Virus record (IMG/VR): IMGVR_UViG_3300008952_000005
Coordinates: 32,001 to 96,000 of that record
Source: a virus
Strand: one strand, 5' to 3'
DNA: 64,000 nucleotides
Of this stretch, positions 11,001 to 21,090 are shown piece after piece (within the stretch, counting starts at the first letter, position 1; the number at the start of each line of letters is the position of its first letter). The notes beneath the pieces were generated by a model. That model was not told where the DNA came from and made no database searches. It saw only the letters and a program-made list of their open reading frames with translations. Made by a program: the position numbers and the translations under genes.

Positions 11001-14000
11001 AAAATTTCCTTCTTTATCTAAAAAGATTTTATCTATTCTTGGTAAGTAGTATTCAAAATCAGAAGTAATATCTGATCCAAATTTAACCATATCAACTGTA
11101 GAAGCACCTGTGCCGTCATAAGAACGGTCTTGAATACCTGAATTTATTGTTGAAGAGTCATCTACTCTTGGTCTAAAATCTAAACAATCTCTTAATCTAA
11201 ATATTTTTCCTGTTGTGTCAGAAGAATAATTTGAAATGTCTTCATAGTTAACAACACCTGCATAAGAGTCTACATCAAAATAATCTCCAGAACCGTGAGA
11301 GAAGTAATCAAAATTAACTAGTAATCTTCCTATTGGAGTTATTGCACCATTTTTTAATTTAAGTCTTCCAATGTCATAGAAGTTATCTCTTTGTCCTGTA
11401 TCTAAAGTAAATCTATCTGTAATATCTGTATCACCAGCAATAGCATTTGTAGAAAAATCTGCTGACATATAAACATTATTAATTTTATAAACGTCTGCTT
11501 TACCTAGACCACATACTCCACTTTCTACTTCTGCTTGAGTTGATATCTGTACTGTTTGTGCTGAAGCTAAAGTTTTAGTTTTAGAACCTGCAACACTTCT
11601 ATTAACTGTTGCTAATATTTTTACTTTATGTCCTGCATAATTAGTACCAAAAGTTAATGTTAAAGTTTTACCTGTTGGAGAACCACCTAATGTAAATATA
11701 TCACCCGCTAAATGGTTAGTACCACTTAAACTTAATACAGCGCCAACTTCTCCTCCTGTACCTGCACCCATTGACATAATAGATACAGAAAAATCTTTTT
11801 CTGCTAATCCACTAAATGTTTCATTTGTTCCTGATGTTATAGTTGCGTCACCATTTGATCCTAATGTTGCTGTAAATGCTCTTCGTATAGAAAAGTTTGT
11901 ATCAGTTATTCCTGAATTAACAGTTGTCTTTAATGTCTTAACTGTTTCATTTGGCATTTCAAATATTGAAATATTTTTACTTGGTTCTTTTACTGCACCT
12001 CGTCCTCTAGTAAAAGATGATTTGCTAACATCACCACCTGCACCTAAAGTTACTGCAAAACTTGTATCATTAATAATATAAGCAACTTCATTTGTTTCAG
12101 AAAGAGGTGTATTTGTTGTATATGTAATTTTATCTCCAATTTTTAATTCATCTGTAAATCTTGTACCAAATCCACTAACTATTGTTCCTGCACCTCCGAC
12201 AGATATTGTACCTGTCATACTAGCATTATCTCTCACTACATCAGCAGTATACGTTGGAGAACCTGCCATTGCAACTTGTTTAATATCAGAAGGACCAAAA
12301 ACTGTTGACCCTTTACGTCCTAAAACATCTGCTTGTATAACTGCTGTATTACTTGAAGAACCACCTGTAATTGTTTCACCTGGAAGAAAAGTACCTTGTA
12401 CATTTGAAACTACTACAACTCCGTGTGTTGATGTTCCACCTGTACCTGGATTTGTACAATTAACAGTAGTTATTCCATCTTCTTTGTATAAATTATAATC
12501 TGTAGCATTAATTACTCTAACTGTAAATGTTCCACCAGTTACTACTACTGAATCAATTGCCCAAGAACTTCCAACGCCAGCAATTGTAATTTGTTGTCCA
12601 TCTTTAAAATTATGGGAACTTGCGTGTTGAACTACTGTAGGATTTGCTTGAGTTATATTATTAATTGCTTGTGTTTCTGTAGTTGATGATGATTGAACTG
12701 TACCAGTCGCACCAGATGATGATGTTACAGTTTCACCAGTAGTAAAACCTTGAGCAGTTAGTATGTTTAAATGATTAAACATTTCTACATCAAATAGATA
12801 ATGTTTAAAAACAGAACTTGTTAAACCGCCAAATGAAAAAATATTGTTTGAAGCAGTACCAGATGAATATTCAAATCCTCTTGACTTTGCTCTTCCTATT
12901 AAATTAATACTTGATTCAGCACCATTATTAGGAGTACCTCTAACAGTAGTTGCTGATTTATGTAAAGTAATATTTTTAAATGATTCTGAATCTCCTGAAA
13001 CGAAACCAACATCTGGCGAACCATAAACGTTAGTTACGTTTAAGTAATTACCTAAACTAAATCTTGTTTTGAAATTATTTTCTGTATCAAAATCTCTCGT
13101 CTTCTCAATATCAACAAAAGTTGTACCTATTGTTTCTAATTCATAACCACGAACATATGCTTTACCTGGTCCCATACCAGCAGCAATTTTAGTTGCGTCC
13201 CCACCTTGACCTGATGTATAGATACCTCTATTATCTCCTGATACTAAATGTTCTCTTAAATCTAAATCAAAATCTCTTAATGCATAATCACCTGACTCGT
13301 CATATGTTCTACGAGCAAAAGTATCTTCTATTACAGCGTATTCTGTTGTTCTAACTTGATTTTGAATAATACCATTTTTTAATCTTAACAACTCTACAAA
13401 GTTTGCGTCTGCTGTTGAAGCTAAAGATAGTTTTGTTAATGTTAAAAGTATTTTAAATCTATGAGCACCTGGAGCATTTTGATTTGATGTTCCTTGAGCA
13501 TTATCATTTAAACTTACATCTTCATTTGGAGTTACAAAAGATTCTGTAACTAATAAACCAACTCTATATGAAGGTGTGTTTGTATATTTGTCTAGTACTA
13601 CTGTTTGTTTTGAAACTTCAACGTGATATCCATTAATGTAATAAACTCCTGCTTGAACTTCGGCAGCACTACCTGAATGTGTTGAAGCAACAGTCGCTGT
13701 AGCAGCCAAAGCATTAATTGTACAATCTAAAATTTCTGTATCAGTAAAAGAAACTGCTACATTGTCTGTTCCAGTTTTTGTATATTTTACAAATAATGTA
13801 TCTGGATCAGTTCCATCAGCTACAGATACACCTATAACTTTTGCAACAACGCCTGAAGTTGCACCTGTTAATTCTACTCCGTTATAATCTGCTAAAGTTG
13901 AGTTTGATTTTGCTGAAAGTTTTACTGAAGTGTAATTTAAGTCGTACCCGATTTCTCCAGGTATAACCATAGAACCTTTTTCAAATAGATGGTCACTAAC

Positions 14001-14153
14001 CCTTTCTACTTGGTTTTGTAATTGCGTCTGTGATTGTGTTAACTCTCTCGCCTGTACAGCAAATGCTGGTCTGAAAAGAACTCTATGAAATTTTTTACTT
14101 TCATTAAAGTCATCATAATAGGGCGATAAGTTAAAATCTGTTGGACTTGGCAT
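8097..14153 (-). CDS. Large virion structural protein (VrlC-like / DUF4815)
   Basis: N-terminal TDFNLSPYYDDF..K.FHRVLFRP..AVQARELTQ, ARRTYDESGDY, DPLAQTF; 2018 aa directly after gp8. Confidence 0.8.
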   Translation of the reverse strand: MPSPTDFNLSPYYDDFNESKKFHRVLFRPAFAVQARELTQSQTQLQNQVERVSDHLFEKGSMVIPGEIGYDLNYTSVKLSAKSNSTLADYNGVELTGATSGVVAKVIGVSVADGTDPDTLFVKYTKTGTDNVAVSFTDTEILDCTINALAATATVASTHSGSAAEVQAGVYYINGYHVEVSKQTVVLDKYTNTPSYRVGLLVTESFVTPNEDVSLNDNAQGTSNQNAPGAHRFKILLTLTKLSLASTADANFVELLRLKNGIIQNQVRTTEYAVIEDTFARRTYDESGDYALRDFDLDLREHLVSGDNRGIYTSGQGGDATKIAAGMGPGKAYVRGYELETIGTTFVDIEKTRDFDTENNFKTRFSLGNYLNVTNVYGSPDVGFVSGDSESFKNITLHKSATTVRGTPNNGAESSINLIGRAKSRGFEYSSGTASNNIFSFGGLTSSVFKHYLFDVEMFNHLNILTAQGFTTGETVTSSSGATGTVQSSSTTETQAINNITQANPTVVQHASSHNFKDGQQITIAGVGSSWAIDSVVVTGGTFTVRVINATDYNLYKEDGITTVNCTNPGTGGTSTHGVVVVSNVQGTFLPGETITGGSSSNTAVIQADVLGRKGSTVFGPSDIKQVAMAGSPTYTADVVRDNASMTGTISVGGAGTIVSGFGTRFTDELKIGDKITYTTNTPLSETNEVAYIINDTSFAVTLGAGGDVSKSSFTRGRGAVKEPSKNISIFEMPNETVKTLKTTVNSGITDTNFSIRRAFTATLGSNGDATITSGTNETFSGLAEKDFSVSIMSMGAGTGGEVGAVLSLSGTNHLAGDIFTLGGSPTGKTLTLTFGTNYAGHKVKILATVNRSVAGSKTKTLASAQTVQISTQAEVESGVCGLGKADVYKINNVYMSADFSTNAIAGDTDITDRFTLDTGQRDNFYDIGRLKLKNGAITPIGRLLVNFDYFSHGSGDYFDVDSYAGVVNYEDISNYSSDTTGKIFRLRDCLDFRPRVDDSSTINSGIQDRSYDGTGASTVDMVKFGSDITSDFEYYLPRIDKIFLDKEGNFKVSKGASALVPQVPKSLDGAMLLYTLEMPSYVLSLDDITVKAVDNRRYTMRDIGYLETRIENMEYYTQLSLLETQAQNLQIQDANGFDRFKNGIIVDNFSGHNIGDVGNIDYKSSIDMARGQLRPMFNEDAVQLIEADDDGTAILATDRTDGTYQKTGDCLTLPYTETALITQPFASKSVNVNPFDVFTWSGAIELTPPSDEWKETERRPELVINNVGGFDTLVSGIPNNGLQGVEIGTIWNDWQDFWSGSTRDVASRQVGGGRAGRRVFAVDEIETAQNVQQTRTGLRQRLVPQVVRNSIGDRIVNVAFVPFVRSRTISFSGTRMKPNTRVYPYFDNIAIATYCTPTGGSLGGNIVTDANGACSGTFAIPDPTNNSNPRWRTGQRVFRLTSSVTNDTSTDVETSGEADYVARGILETVQNTIISTREPRLERQATTENRSITRTSTRRSERTVGWVDPLAQTFMIDDVGGVFLTSVDLFFGTKDSNIPITVQIREVVNGYPGSTILPFSETTINPGSVNTSADGTVATTFTFSGPVYVQENVEYCFVVLANSNEYNAYVGRLGETVLGSDRTISQQPYAGVMFKSQNGSTWTAEQNEDIKFTLKRAEFADAVGRVTLCNDELPARKLKNNPIRTTQGSDVVRVYHPNHGMHSTSNNVTISGVPSGTYNGLAHSSINGTYTSISNITLDSYDIQIPGSTTATTNGDIGSNAVYATQNRLYDVMNLNLSTMSLPGTSISYKLRPTTGQSIHGSEAEFSTVAVANAGSIIANDNIYCTSPKMVASQINETNEMNGLKSLYVNVEMTSTSTKLSPLIDLQRISAYTIQNRLNNPTSGNTPDFVADTAPTGSSTAGVYLTRPIVIENNSTSLDIRLSANVRSSSLIRLYYRTSGGSETRKIEDINWLPFNSDGSEDISIPPAEDDSTFREYKYTASGLNDFTSFQIKIVMKGSISSYPPICKDMRGIALAI

Positions 14154-14162
14154 TTAACTCCC

Positions 14163-15623
14163 CTAAAATTCTATAATCAATTTGATATTTTCGGTTTGGT
14201 CAGCAGCTCTAGTGATTGGCGCTCTATTTTCTACATAAACTATTTCACCTGAACCGTGGTCAATTTCCGAACTAGAATATCCGTTTGAAAATGTTTGACT
14301 ATTAACTGTACCTGTTGTCGTAGCAGGTGTTAAAGTTGCGTTTGTATCTGCACCAGTAATAATATTTGTGCCACTAAATGCTGTCTGATTACCGTTAGTA
14401 TCTATTCCCTCATCATTGTGTCTTGGTTGAATATAATATAATATTTTATTTGTTGGATCCCACTCTACTACTTTACCAACTGCACCTGTGCTTGCTTGTG
14501 AAATTTTTTCATCAACTGAAAATGTTAAATTACTAGACGCACCAACAACTGCTGTAGTTGCTCTCAATGTAGCGGCAGAAGCAGCAGTACCACCTGATTT
14601 CGGGTCTCTTATTAAACTTACTTTTCTAAAATCATTTGCAACAGTTACGTCACCTGAATTAGCTGATTCTGTTCCTTCTAAACTTGTATTCAACATAACA
14701 AAAAATCCACCTAACTCTTGTACTGCATTAAATCCGTGTCCACCTTTTGGTTCAATCATACAATCTAATTCTGTAGTAATTAATGAACCACCACCAGCAG
14801 CATTTATATCTGCAAGTTTAATATATGCGTAAGTATATCCTGTTCCTGGAGTAGTTACGGTTACCGCTGTAACTGCACCTGAAGCAATGGTTACTGAACA
14901 AACTCCACTTGATCCATCTCCTCGTATTGGAACACCTGTATGTGTTCCATCTGTACCAGCAGAACCCGCTGTTTTAATTTTTACTATATTGATTGCACCA
15001 TCTACAGCAGCAGCATTAACTGTTCCATTTGTACCAACTGCCATAAAATCTACTGATAAAAATTCTGCTTGTTGAGCAGCAGTTAAAGTGTAAATATATT
15101 TCCACTTGTATCCATCAGCAGTTGCTAATATTGTTGTTGATGTTCCTGTAGGTTCTACAGTTGAATTCGCACCATTATTATTATCTAAACATTTATATAC
15201 GTTTCTTGCTGTAGTTAGAACATAAAAAGTTGCGTCATATAAAGTACCTGCACCACTATTTGAAGTTTGTACTGTTGTTGTTCCAGTAATGTATTCTCCA
15301 TAATCGTGTCTGTAATAATCATATACAGTAGCAGTCGTCCAATTTCTTCTAGGAATTACAAATCCAGCATTTGTACTTGCTACTTTTTTACAAGCAAGCA
15401 TATCATCATATGTAAAATTTTGTGTATTTTCGTTGTCTGCAGGAGTCACAGGTAATAAATCTGTACCTTCATTATTTGTTCTTCCATCTCCTCTTGTAGA
15501 AGTCGTAAATGCTTGAGGTCTTCCTATACCTAAATAGAAAGTATTTCCTGACGCTTCAGAAAACGCTTCGTGGAATTGTTCCGAGTTGTGTATTCTGAAT
15601 TTATTTGTTATAATTGCTGGCAT
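14163..15623 (-). CDS. gp8: Baseplate wedge subunit gp8
   Basis: MPAIITNKFRI, PRRNWT, VYKCLDNN, DGYKWKYIY, YVENR.PITRA..QTENIKLIIEF. Confidence 0.85.
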   Translation of the reverse strand: MPAIITNKFRIHNSEQFHEAFSEASGNTFYLGIGRPQAFTTSTRGDGRTNNEGTDLLPVTPADNENTQNFTYDDMLACKKVASTNAGFVIPRRNWTTATVYDYYRHDYGEYITGTTTVQTSNSGAGTLYDATFYVLTTARNVYKCLDNNNGANSTVEPTGTSTTILATADGYKWKYIYTLTAAQQAEFLSVDFMAVGTNGTVNAAAVDGAINIVKIKTAGSAGTDGTHTGVPIRGDGSSGVCSVTIASGAVTAVTVTTPGTGYTYAYIKLADINAAGGGSLITTELDCMIEPKGGHGFNAVQELGGFFVMLNTSLEGTESANSGDVTVANDFRKVSLIRDPKSGGTAASAATLRATTAVVGASSNLTFSVDEKISQASTGAVGKVVEWDPTNKILYYIQPRHNDEGIDTNGNQTAFSGTNIITGADTNATLTPATTTGTVNSQTFSNGYSSSEIDHGSGEIVYVENRAPITRAADQTENIKLIIEF

Positions 15624-15641
15624 TCTTATTTCCTTTATCTA

Positions 15642-15649
15642 TATTTATA
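15642..15649 (-). promoter_or_regulatory. T4-type late promoter TATAAATA
   Basis: Exact consensus about 20 bp upstream of gp8. Confidence 0.75.
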
Positions 15650-15661
15650 CAAGTTTTCTAA

Positions 15662-16960
15662 TTAGTAATTAATTCCTATTCCGTGGAGTTGTGTTTCTTT
15701 AGTAGTATCTGCCTGGTTCGCCCAAACAGCTTTGTAAATAACTCCTGTGCCACTTGTACAAGTTGTTTCTCCCAAACGGACTTGTTTAACACCAGTACTA
15801 TAGACTGGAGTAATAGTATCATAACTTGACGCTTCAGTCCAATTTGAACCATTATCACAACTGAAATATATTTTTAAATCCGTTCCGATAACTCCTGTTC
15901 CAATACCATCTTTATAAAGCATTGTTCCAGCTACTTTTGTTTTAGCTACATCTACTGTATTAGCTGATTGAATTAATGTTCCTGTTGCTGTTGATGTTGT
16001 ACGTTCTTGTGGAGTAAAAGTTGTTCCATTAGGATATCTACAATTATTTGATATTCTCATTTCATCTAAATAACCGTTAAGAACACCATAAGAGTCAGTA
16101 TAAGCTCTTTTACTTATCCATACTTGACCACCTAAAGCACCAGTCATTAAATGACCACCAGAAGAAGTTGGTACAGAAGCAGAACCATCTTGTACACCAT
16201 CTTTATAAAATCTTATTGTACCTCCATCTCTAACTACTGCCATATGATACCATTGACCTGTTGACATAGCAGTACCAGATTCAAAAGAAAAATCATCTGC
16301 TGTTGTTGTACTATTTCTATGATAAACATTAAATTTTTGTTTCATTCCTGCATTAGGACTAATACCCCAATGCCAAGCACCACCTACATCTGTACTATCT
16401 GTTTTTGCTTGGTTGAATATATCATATCCGTGTGTGCCTGTATTGACGTTCATATATATCCAAGTTTCCATAGTCCAATCACCTGTCCCCCAAATCCAAT
16501 CATCACTATCAGGCATTGATAAAGAGTCATCTGAACCATCAAAGAAAGCAGAAGCACTTCCAAATTTTTTAGTTCCTGTATTTGTAGTAGGTTGATTACG
16601 TCTAGTTATTGTTCTATTGTGTGAAGAACTATCTGTAAATACTGTCCCACCATTAGAACCATTATAATGTAATAATGCTAAAGTATTAGCGTCGCTTACC
16701 CATTCGTCAACAGTTGTTATAGCAGTTGTTATATGACCACTAACTCTATCTACATCTGTTTGTGTTCCTAGATTTGTGTCATCTGAAAACGTATCTATAA
16801 AAGTATTAGGCAAATTGAAAGCAGCAGACGATTCGTTTGTTGCTTCTCTCAAAGCCAAAGCTGTTACATCATCTTTAACTGGTTGCACACTTGCACCTAA
16901 AGTTAAAGGTGTGCCATCTGTATTTACATTGTTAGCTCTATTTCTTGTTCTAATTCCCAT
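15662..16960 (-). CDS. Tail-associated protein with LamG/ConA-like lectin domain
   Basis: ALLHYNGSNG...FGSASAFFDG..DWT.ETWIY...WYHMAVVRDG...GYLDEMRIS. Confidence 0.7.
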   Translation of the reverse strand: MGIRTRNRANNVNTDGTPLTLGASVQPVKDDVTALALREATNESSAAFNLPNTFIDTFSDDTNLGTQTDVDRVSGHITTAITTVDEWVSDANTLALLHYNGSNGGTVFTDSSSHNRTITRRNQPTTNTGTKKFGSASAFFDGSDDSLSMPDSDDWIWGTGDWTMETWIYMNVNTGTHGYDIFNQAKTDSTDVGGAWHWGISPNAGMKQKFNVYHRNSTTTADDFSFESGTAMSTGQWYHMAVVRDGGTIRFYKDGVQDGSASVPTSSGGHLMTGALGGQVWISKRAYTDSYGVLNGYLDEMRISNNCRYPNGTTFTPQERTTSTATGTLIQSANTVDVAKTKVAGTMLYKDGIGTGVIGTDLKIYFSCDNGSNWTEASSYDTITPVYSTGVKQVRLGETTCTSGTGVIYKAVWANQADTTKETQLHGIGINY

Positions 16961-16961
16961 T

Positions 16962-18464
16962 TTATGATCCTAAATATCTTATTACTATTTCTGCACTAGC
17001 GGCAGGTGCTGTTATGAAAGTTAATGTTGTTCCAGCATATGTATAATCGTCTGTTGGTACTAAACAAATACCATTTACAAATACTAAAATATTATCTACA
17101 GTTCTACTAGCAAGAATTGTAAATCCTGTTGTTGAACCATCACCTACGTGTGATTTATCTGTTGTGAAAGGTGTAGCACTAGCAGCAGCAGCTGGTTCAA
17201 ATTTTGTAGTTGAAGAATTCCATTGTAATACTTGTCCATTAGTAATTCCTGTCATACTTATATTTGAAATATCATCAGCACTAGAATTTTCTGTTAACAT
17301 TTCAACCCAACCTGAAGTAGTTGCTATATAAGGTTTAAGTGTTGTTTCATCTAAAGCAGGTGTACCTGAATAAGTAGTTGAATTAGGAAAGGCTGCTAAG
17401 TTTGCGTGATTAAATCTTATTGCTGAATTTTGTCCACTAACTGTTATATAAGCAGAACCTATTAGTGATAAACCATTTATTGTTGAAGCAGTTGATCCTA
17501 ATGAAATTGCTGTAGAACCAATAGTAATTGAATCATTTGCTAAATTAGCATTTGTAATTCCAGCAGTACCACTTAATTCTGAATTTGTAAGTCCTCCAGC
17601 TGTTAGTGTAACAGTATCACCACTTACAACTGTTGTTATACCAGTACCACCAGATATTTTAAAAACATCTCCTTGTTCTATGGAAGAAGTTGTTGATGTA
17701 TCATCTGCAATATTGAATAAAGAACCTGTAATTATAGGAGTTAAAATAGTTTTATTTGTTAGGGTTTGAAAACCTGATAATGATACTACATCACCTGTTG
17801 GTGTGTTAATAACTGGACTTGTTAATGTTTTATTTGTTAAAGTTTGTGTTGCAATTTCTGAAACTAAAGTTGAGCTACCCTCTTTTGGTAATAACATTGT
17901 GTTAGTTACACCCTCACTATGAGGTTGTGCTGCTATAGTCTGTCCGTGTGTATTGGCGTAGCAATTAAGTATAATTTTTGCGTCAGCGGAAGAACCATCA
18001 CCTCTAACTTCTAAAATTGCACTAGCTGGTTCTAATTGCATATTACCAGTATCGTTTGTCAATTTACTGCCAAGAGTAGCAGTAGTTAAAGTTTTACTTG
18101 AAAGAGTTTCTGTACCACCAAGTGTCGCAAAATCATCATCTGATAAAGCAGTATTAAATAGTGCTGTAGTACCTGTAATAGTATTAGTTGCTAAATCAAG
18201 TGATTTATTTGTTAGTGTATCTGTTGATGATTCTGTAAGAACTGTAGAGTCAATATCAAAAGTTAAAGTATTACCAACTAAAGTAGTATCAATACCAGTA
18301 CCACCTGCTAAATTAAGTAATCTATTCTGGTCTATAGAACTACCGTCACCTAAAGCAGTATAAATTTCATTAAAGTTATCATTTATAATACCACCACCAA
18401 CACGTAGGTTACTACCTGTTCCGTCATTAGCTGCTGATCCTATATCTATTGATTTTTTTGCCAT
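16962..18464 (-). CDS. gp9/gp10-like baseplate tail-fibre connector with fibre repeats
   Basis: N-terminal IDIGSAANDGTG..LR.GG..INDNFNEIY; repeated TLTNKTL motifs; C-terminal GDGSTT.F...VFVNG...DY. Confidence 0.7.
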   Translation of the reverse strand: MAKKSIDIGSAANDGTGSNLRVGGGIINDNFNEIYTALGDGSSIDQNRLLNLAGGTGIDTTLVGNTLTFDIDSTVLTESSTDTLTNKSLDLATNTITGTTALFNTALSDDDFATLGGTETLSSKTLTTATLGSKLTNDTGNMQLEPASAILEVRGDGSSADAKIILNCYANTHGQTIAAQPHSEGVTNTMLLPKEGSSTLVSEIATQTLTNKTLTSPVINTPTGDVVSLSGFQTLTNKTILTPIITGSLFNIADDTSTTSSIEQGDVFKISGGTGITTVVSGDTVTLTAGGLTNSELSGTAGITNANLANDSITIGSTAISLGSTASTINGLSLIGSAYITVSGQNSAIRFNHANLAAFPNSTTYSGTPALDETTLKPYIATTSGWVEMLTENSSADDISNISMTGITNGQVLQWNSSTTKFEPAAAASATPFTTDKSHVGDGSTTGFTILASRTVDNILVFVNGICLVPTDDYTYAGTTLTFITAPAASAEIVIRYLGS

Positions 18465-18485
18465 TTCTTCCTTAAATTACTTTAC

Positions 18486-18493
18486 TATTTATA
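18486..18493 (-). promoter_or_regulatory. T4-type late promoter TATAAATA
   Basis: Exact consensus upstream of ORF 16962-18464. Confidence 0.75.
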
Positions 18494-18498
18494 ATCAT

Positions 18499-21084
18499 TT
18501 ACGGTGTTGTATCATCAAAAGTTGGTCCTGTTTGAGAGAAGTTAGTTACTGTATTACTGAACTCATTACTACTATAAGTTAAGAATGAAGGAAACGCAAG
18601 AGCCATTTTAACTTTCTGTCCTTCAGGATGTGAAGACATTAAGAATACTCCACCTTGACCATCTAAACTAGTTCTTGTTCCAAATACTTTTAAATTATTT
18701 AATTGTTCAAACGTATGTCCTGTACCACCAATTGAAGTATTAAATATAGTATTTGCATACTTATTAAGTGTTCCCCATTTTGGTCCAGCATATGCGTAAC
18801 CAGCTTTAACAAATTGACCACCTATTGTTGCCCTTTTTCTACTCAAATAATCTATTGTTAATCCAGGTCTTGTTAAAGTTACATCCCTTTGATTTGCTTC
18901 AAAATGTTCATTTGTATTATGGTCTAAATCAATTGCTCCTGGTTCAAGAGGTTTTGCTCTTAAAGATGTTCCATCATCTATCGTTCCTAATCTTCTACCA
19001 AATATCACCGAGAATAAAGTATTAAGAATTGCAATTAATGGTATTTCAACTTCCGTTCTACCAGAAACAGCACCAACTAATGGTAATGATCCTTTAGCAC
19101 TTAATCTATTTGTAATATCTACTTGACCTGTAAAATAGAATCCTGCTGTATGCATTGTCTTTTTAAATGCGTCCCGCCATACTGCAATAGAACTAGCAAC
19201 TTTTAATACATAAGAAAAATCTTGATAGTATCTACTATCTTGTACTTTCATTGTTACTTCAGAAAGTTTACCATCTTCATTAATAAATTGTCCATCTGTA
19301 TCTGAAACTGAAACTACATTGACATTTGCTGTTGCAACATCAATTTTAGCAATAGTTCCTGACCCACCTGAATCTGCTGATAATAATTGACCTTCTGTAA
19401 ATGCACCTGTAATATTTTTAATTCTTAATACATTTGTAGAAGTGTTATATGAAACAATTGTTCCTTGTCCACCTGAAACTGTACAAGATTGCCCTACTGT
19501 AAATGCACCACTAACACCTGTTAATACACAACTGTTATAAAATTCTAATACTGGAGGACTAGGAGCGTCTTGATATTTTTTTCCTAACTCAATTGTTTTT
19601 AATGCAATAATTCTTCCAATTTCATCACCCCACGCATTTACACTTCCAGTTGAACCGCCTGATGATGTTATAGTTACGCCAGGTAAAGAAGTATATCCTG
19701 TACCACTATAAGTTAAAAATACTTTTTCAATTGTTCCTGTGCCTGTTCCTAATTCTTGCATAATACTATTACCAAAATATGGGTCTGCTGCCATAGTACC
19801 ATCTTCTAAAACTATTTGGTCAGAATCTTCACCTGCAATACCACCATTAATAACTCTTACAAATCCAGCAGCATCCCTTCCGTTTGTTCCAGTATTATCA
19901 AATACTAATTTATCACCGACTTCATAATTTATTCCTTTATTATTAATTACAATATCTGTAATTCCACCAGAACCAACTTCATCAATATTAAATATAGCAC
20001 CTATACCACCTGCAATAACTTTAATTGTATCAGTAGTTTCATTTAATGCACCATCATTTGTAAGTGATTTTGTTCCTGGAATACCAGTTATAGTTGCTTT
20101 AATATACCAATCATCTGTATCAGAAGCAGAACCTTGTATTTGTTCTCCAATTTGAAATGTGCCTTGAATAGAATCACTATTTAAAATAAATTCTGTAACT
20201 GTATCTGCACCTATTTGAAAATTGGTAACATTTTCAACAACTGCATAGGCACCACTATCTGCACCTGTAATTGTTCTTCCAACTAATTGTGCTGTATTAC
20301 CAATATCAGCAATAGCTCTTAAAACTTTTAATGTATCATACTTACCATCTGATATTCTTAATATTTGTTCTCTTGGATAAAAGGTTTGTGATTCTTCATT
20401 GAATAATATTCTAAAAAATATTTCGTGTCCTCTATTCGTTCCTTTTGAACGATAAAGTGATTTAACATTTTTTATAAGACTTCTTTTGTCAACTTGATTT
20501 GCTAATGTATCTGGTAATGTTGCAAGAAACTCATCCCTAAAATTTGATAAGAAATTACTAATTACATTATCTGGATCTCTAAAGTTAACTAGGTCAGCAA
20601 TATTATTTACTGGATTTGGTTTATAATTATCTATTGTTGCATATGCATTTGAACTACCACCTACAACTATTTCACCTTTTATAAATTTATCTTGAGCAGA
20701 TATGAATAAACGTCCAGTATCTAAATCTTCTGTTAATACAACAGCAGTTGCACCAGAAGTTTGTCCTGTTATATTTTCTCCACGAGTAAATTTTCCATAT
20801 TCAGTACCAGAATAAGTTTCAAAAATAACTTTATCACCTGCGTCAAGTAATGTTCTTGTACTACCTAAAGAACTTGCATTTAAAACTAAATTATTTGCTT
20901 GGTCTGTTTCTGTTTCTAATAAGATACCTTCTGTAGATTTAACAGAAGTTACTGATAACTCAGCGGACTCTAGTAATTGGTAATAGACTTTAAGAAATTC
21001 AGCAAACTTTGGATGTTCACTAACTACGAATTCAGGTAGTTGACCAGAAAGTATTGTAGAAATCTTATCATTAAATTTTGCCAT
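18499..21084 (-). CDS. gp7: Baseplate wedge initiator gp7-like
   Basis: QLPEFV..EHPKF..FLK.YY, YRSKGT...IFFRILF, QDSRYYQDFSYV, H.AGF; synteny gp6-gp7. Confidence 0.8.
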   Translation of the reverse strand: MAKFNDKISTILSGQLPEFVVSEHPKFAEFLKVYYQLLESAELSVTSVKSTEGILLETETDQANNLVLNASSLGSTRTLLDAGDKVIFETYSGTEYGKFTRGENITGQTSGATAVVLTEDLDTGRLFISAQDKFIKGEIVVGGSSNAYATIDNYKPNPVNNIADLVNFRDPDNVISNFLSNFRDEFLATLPDTLANQVDKRSLIKNVKSLYRSKGTNRGHEIFFRILFNEESQTFYPREQILRISDGKYDTLKVLRAIADIGNTAQLVGRTITGADSGAYAVVENVTNFQIGADTVTEFILNSDSIQGTFQIGEQIQGSASDTDDWYIKATITGIPGTKSLTNDGALNETTDTIKVIAGGIGAIFNIDEVGSGGITDIVINNKGINYEVGDKLVFDNTGTNGRDAAGFVRVINGGIAGEDSDQIVLEDGTMAADPYFGNSIMQELGTGTGTIEKVFLTYSGTGYTSLPGVTITSSGGSTGSVNAWGDEIGRIIALKTIELGKKYQDAPSPPVLEFYNSCVLTGVSGAFTVGQSCTVSGGQGTIVSYNTSTNVLRIKNITGAFTEGQLLSADSGGSGTIAKIDVATANVNVVSVSDTDGQFINEDGKLSEVTMKVQDSRYYQDFSYVLKVASSIAVWRDAFKKTMHTAGFYFTGQVDITNRLSAKGSLPLVGAVSGRTEVEIPLIAILNTLFSVIFGRRLGTIDDGTSLRAKPLEPGAIDLDHNTNEHFEANQRDVTLTRPGLTIDYLSRKRATIGGQFVKAGYAYAGPKWGTLNKYANTIFNTSIGGTGHTFEQLNNLKVFGTRTSLDGQGGVFLMSSHPEGQKVKMALAFPSFLTYSSNEFSNTVTNFSQTGPTFDDTTP

Positions 21085-21090
21085 TTGTCA

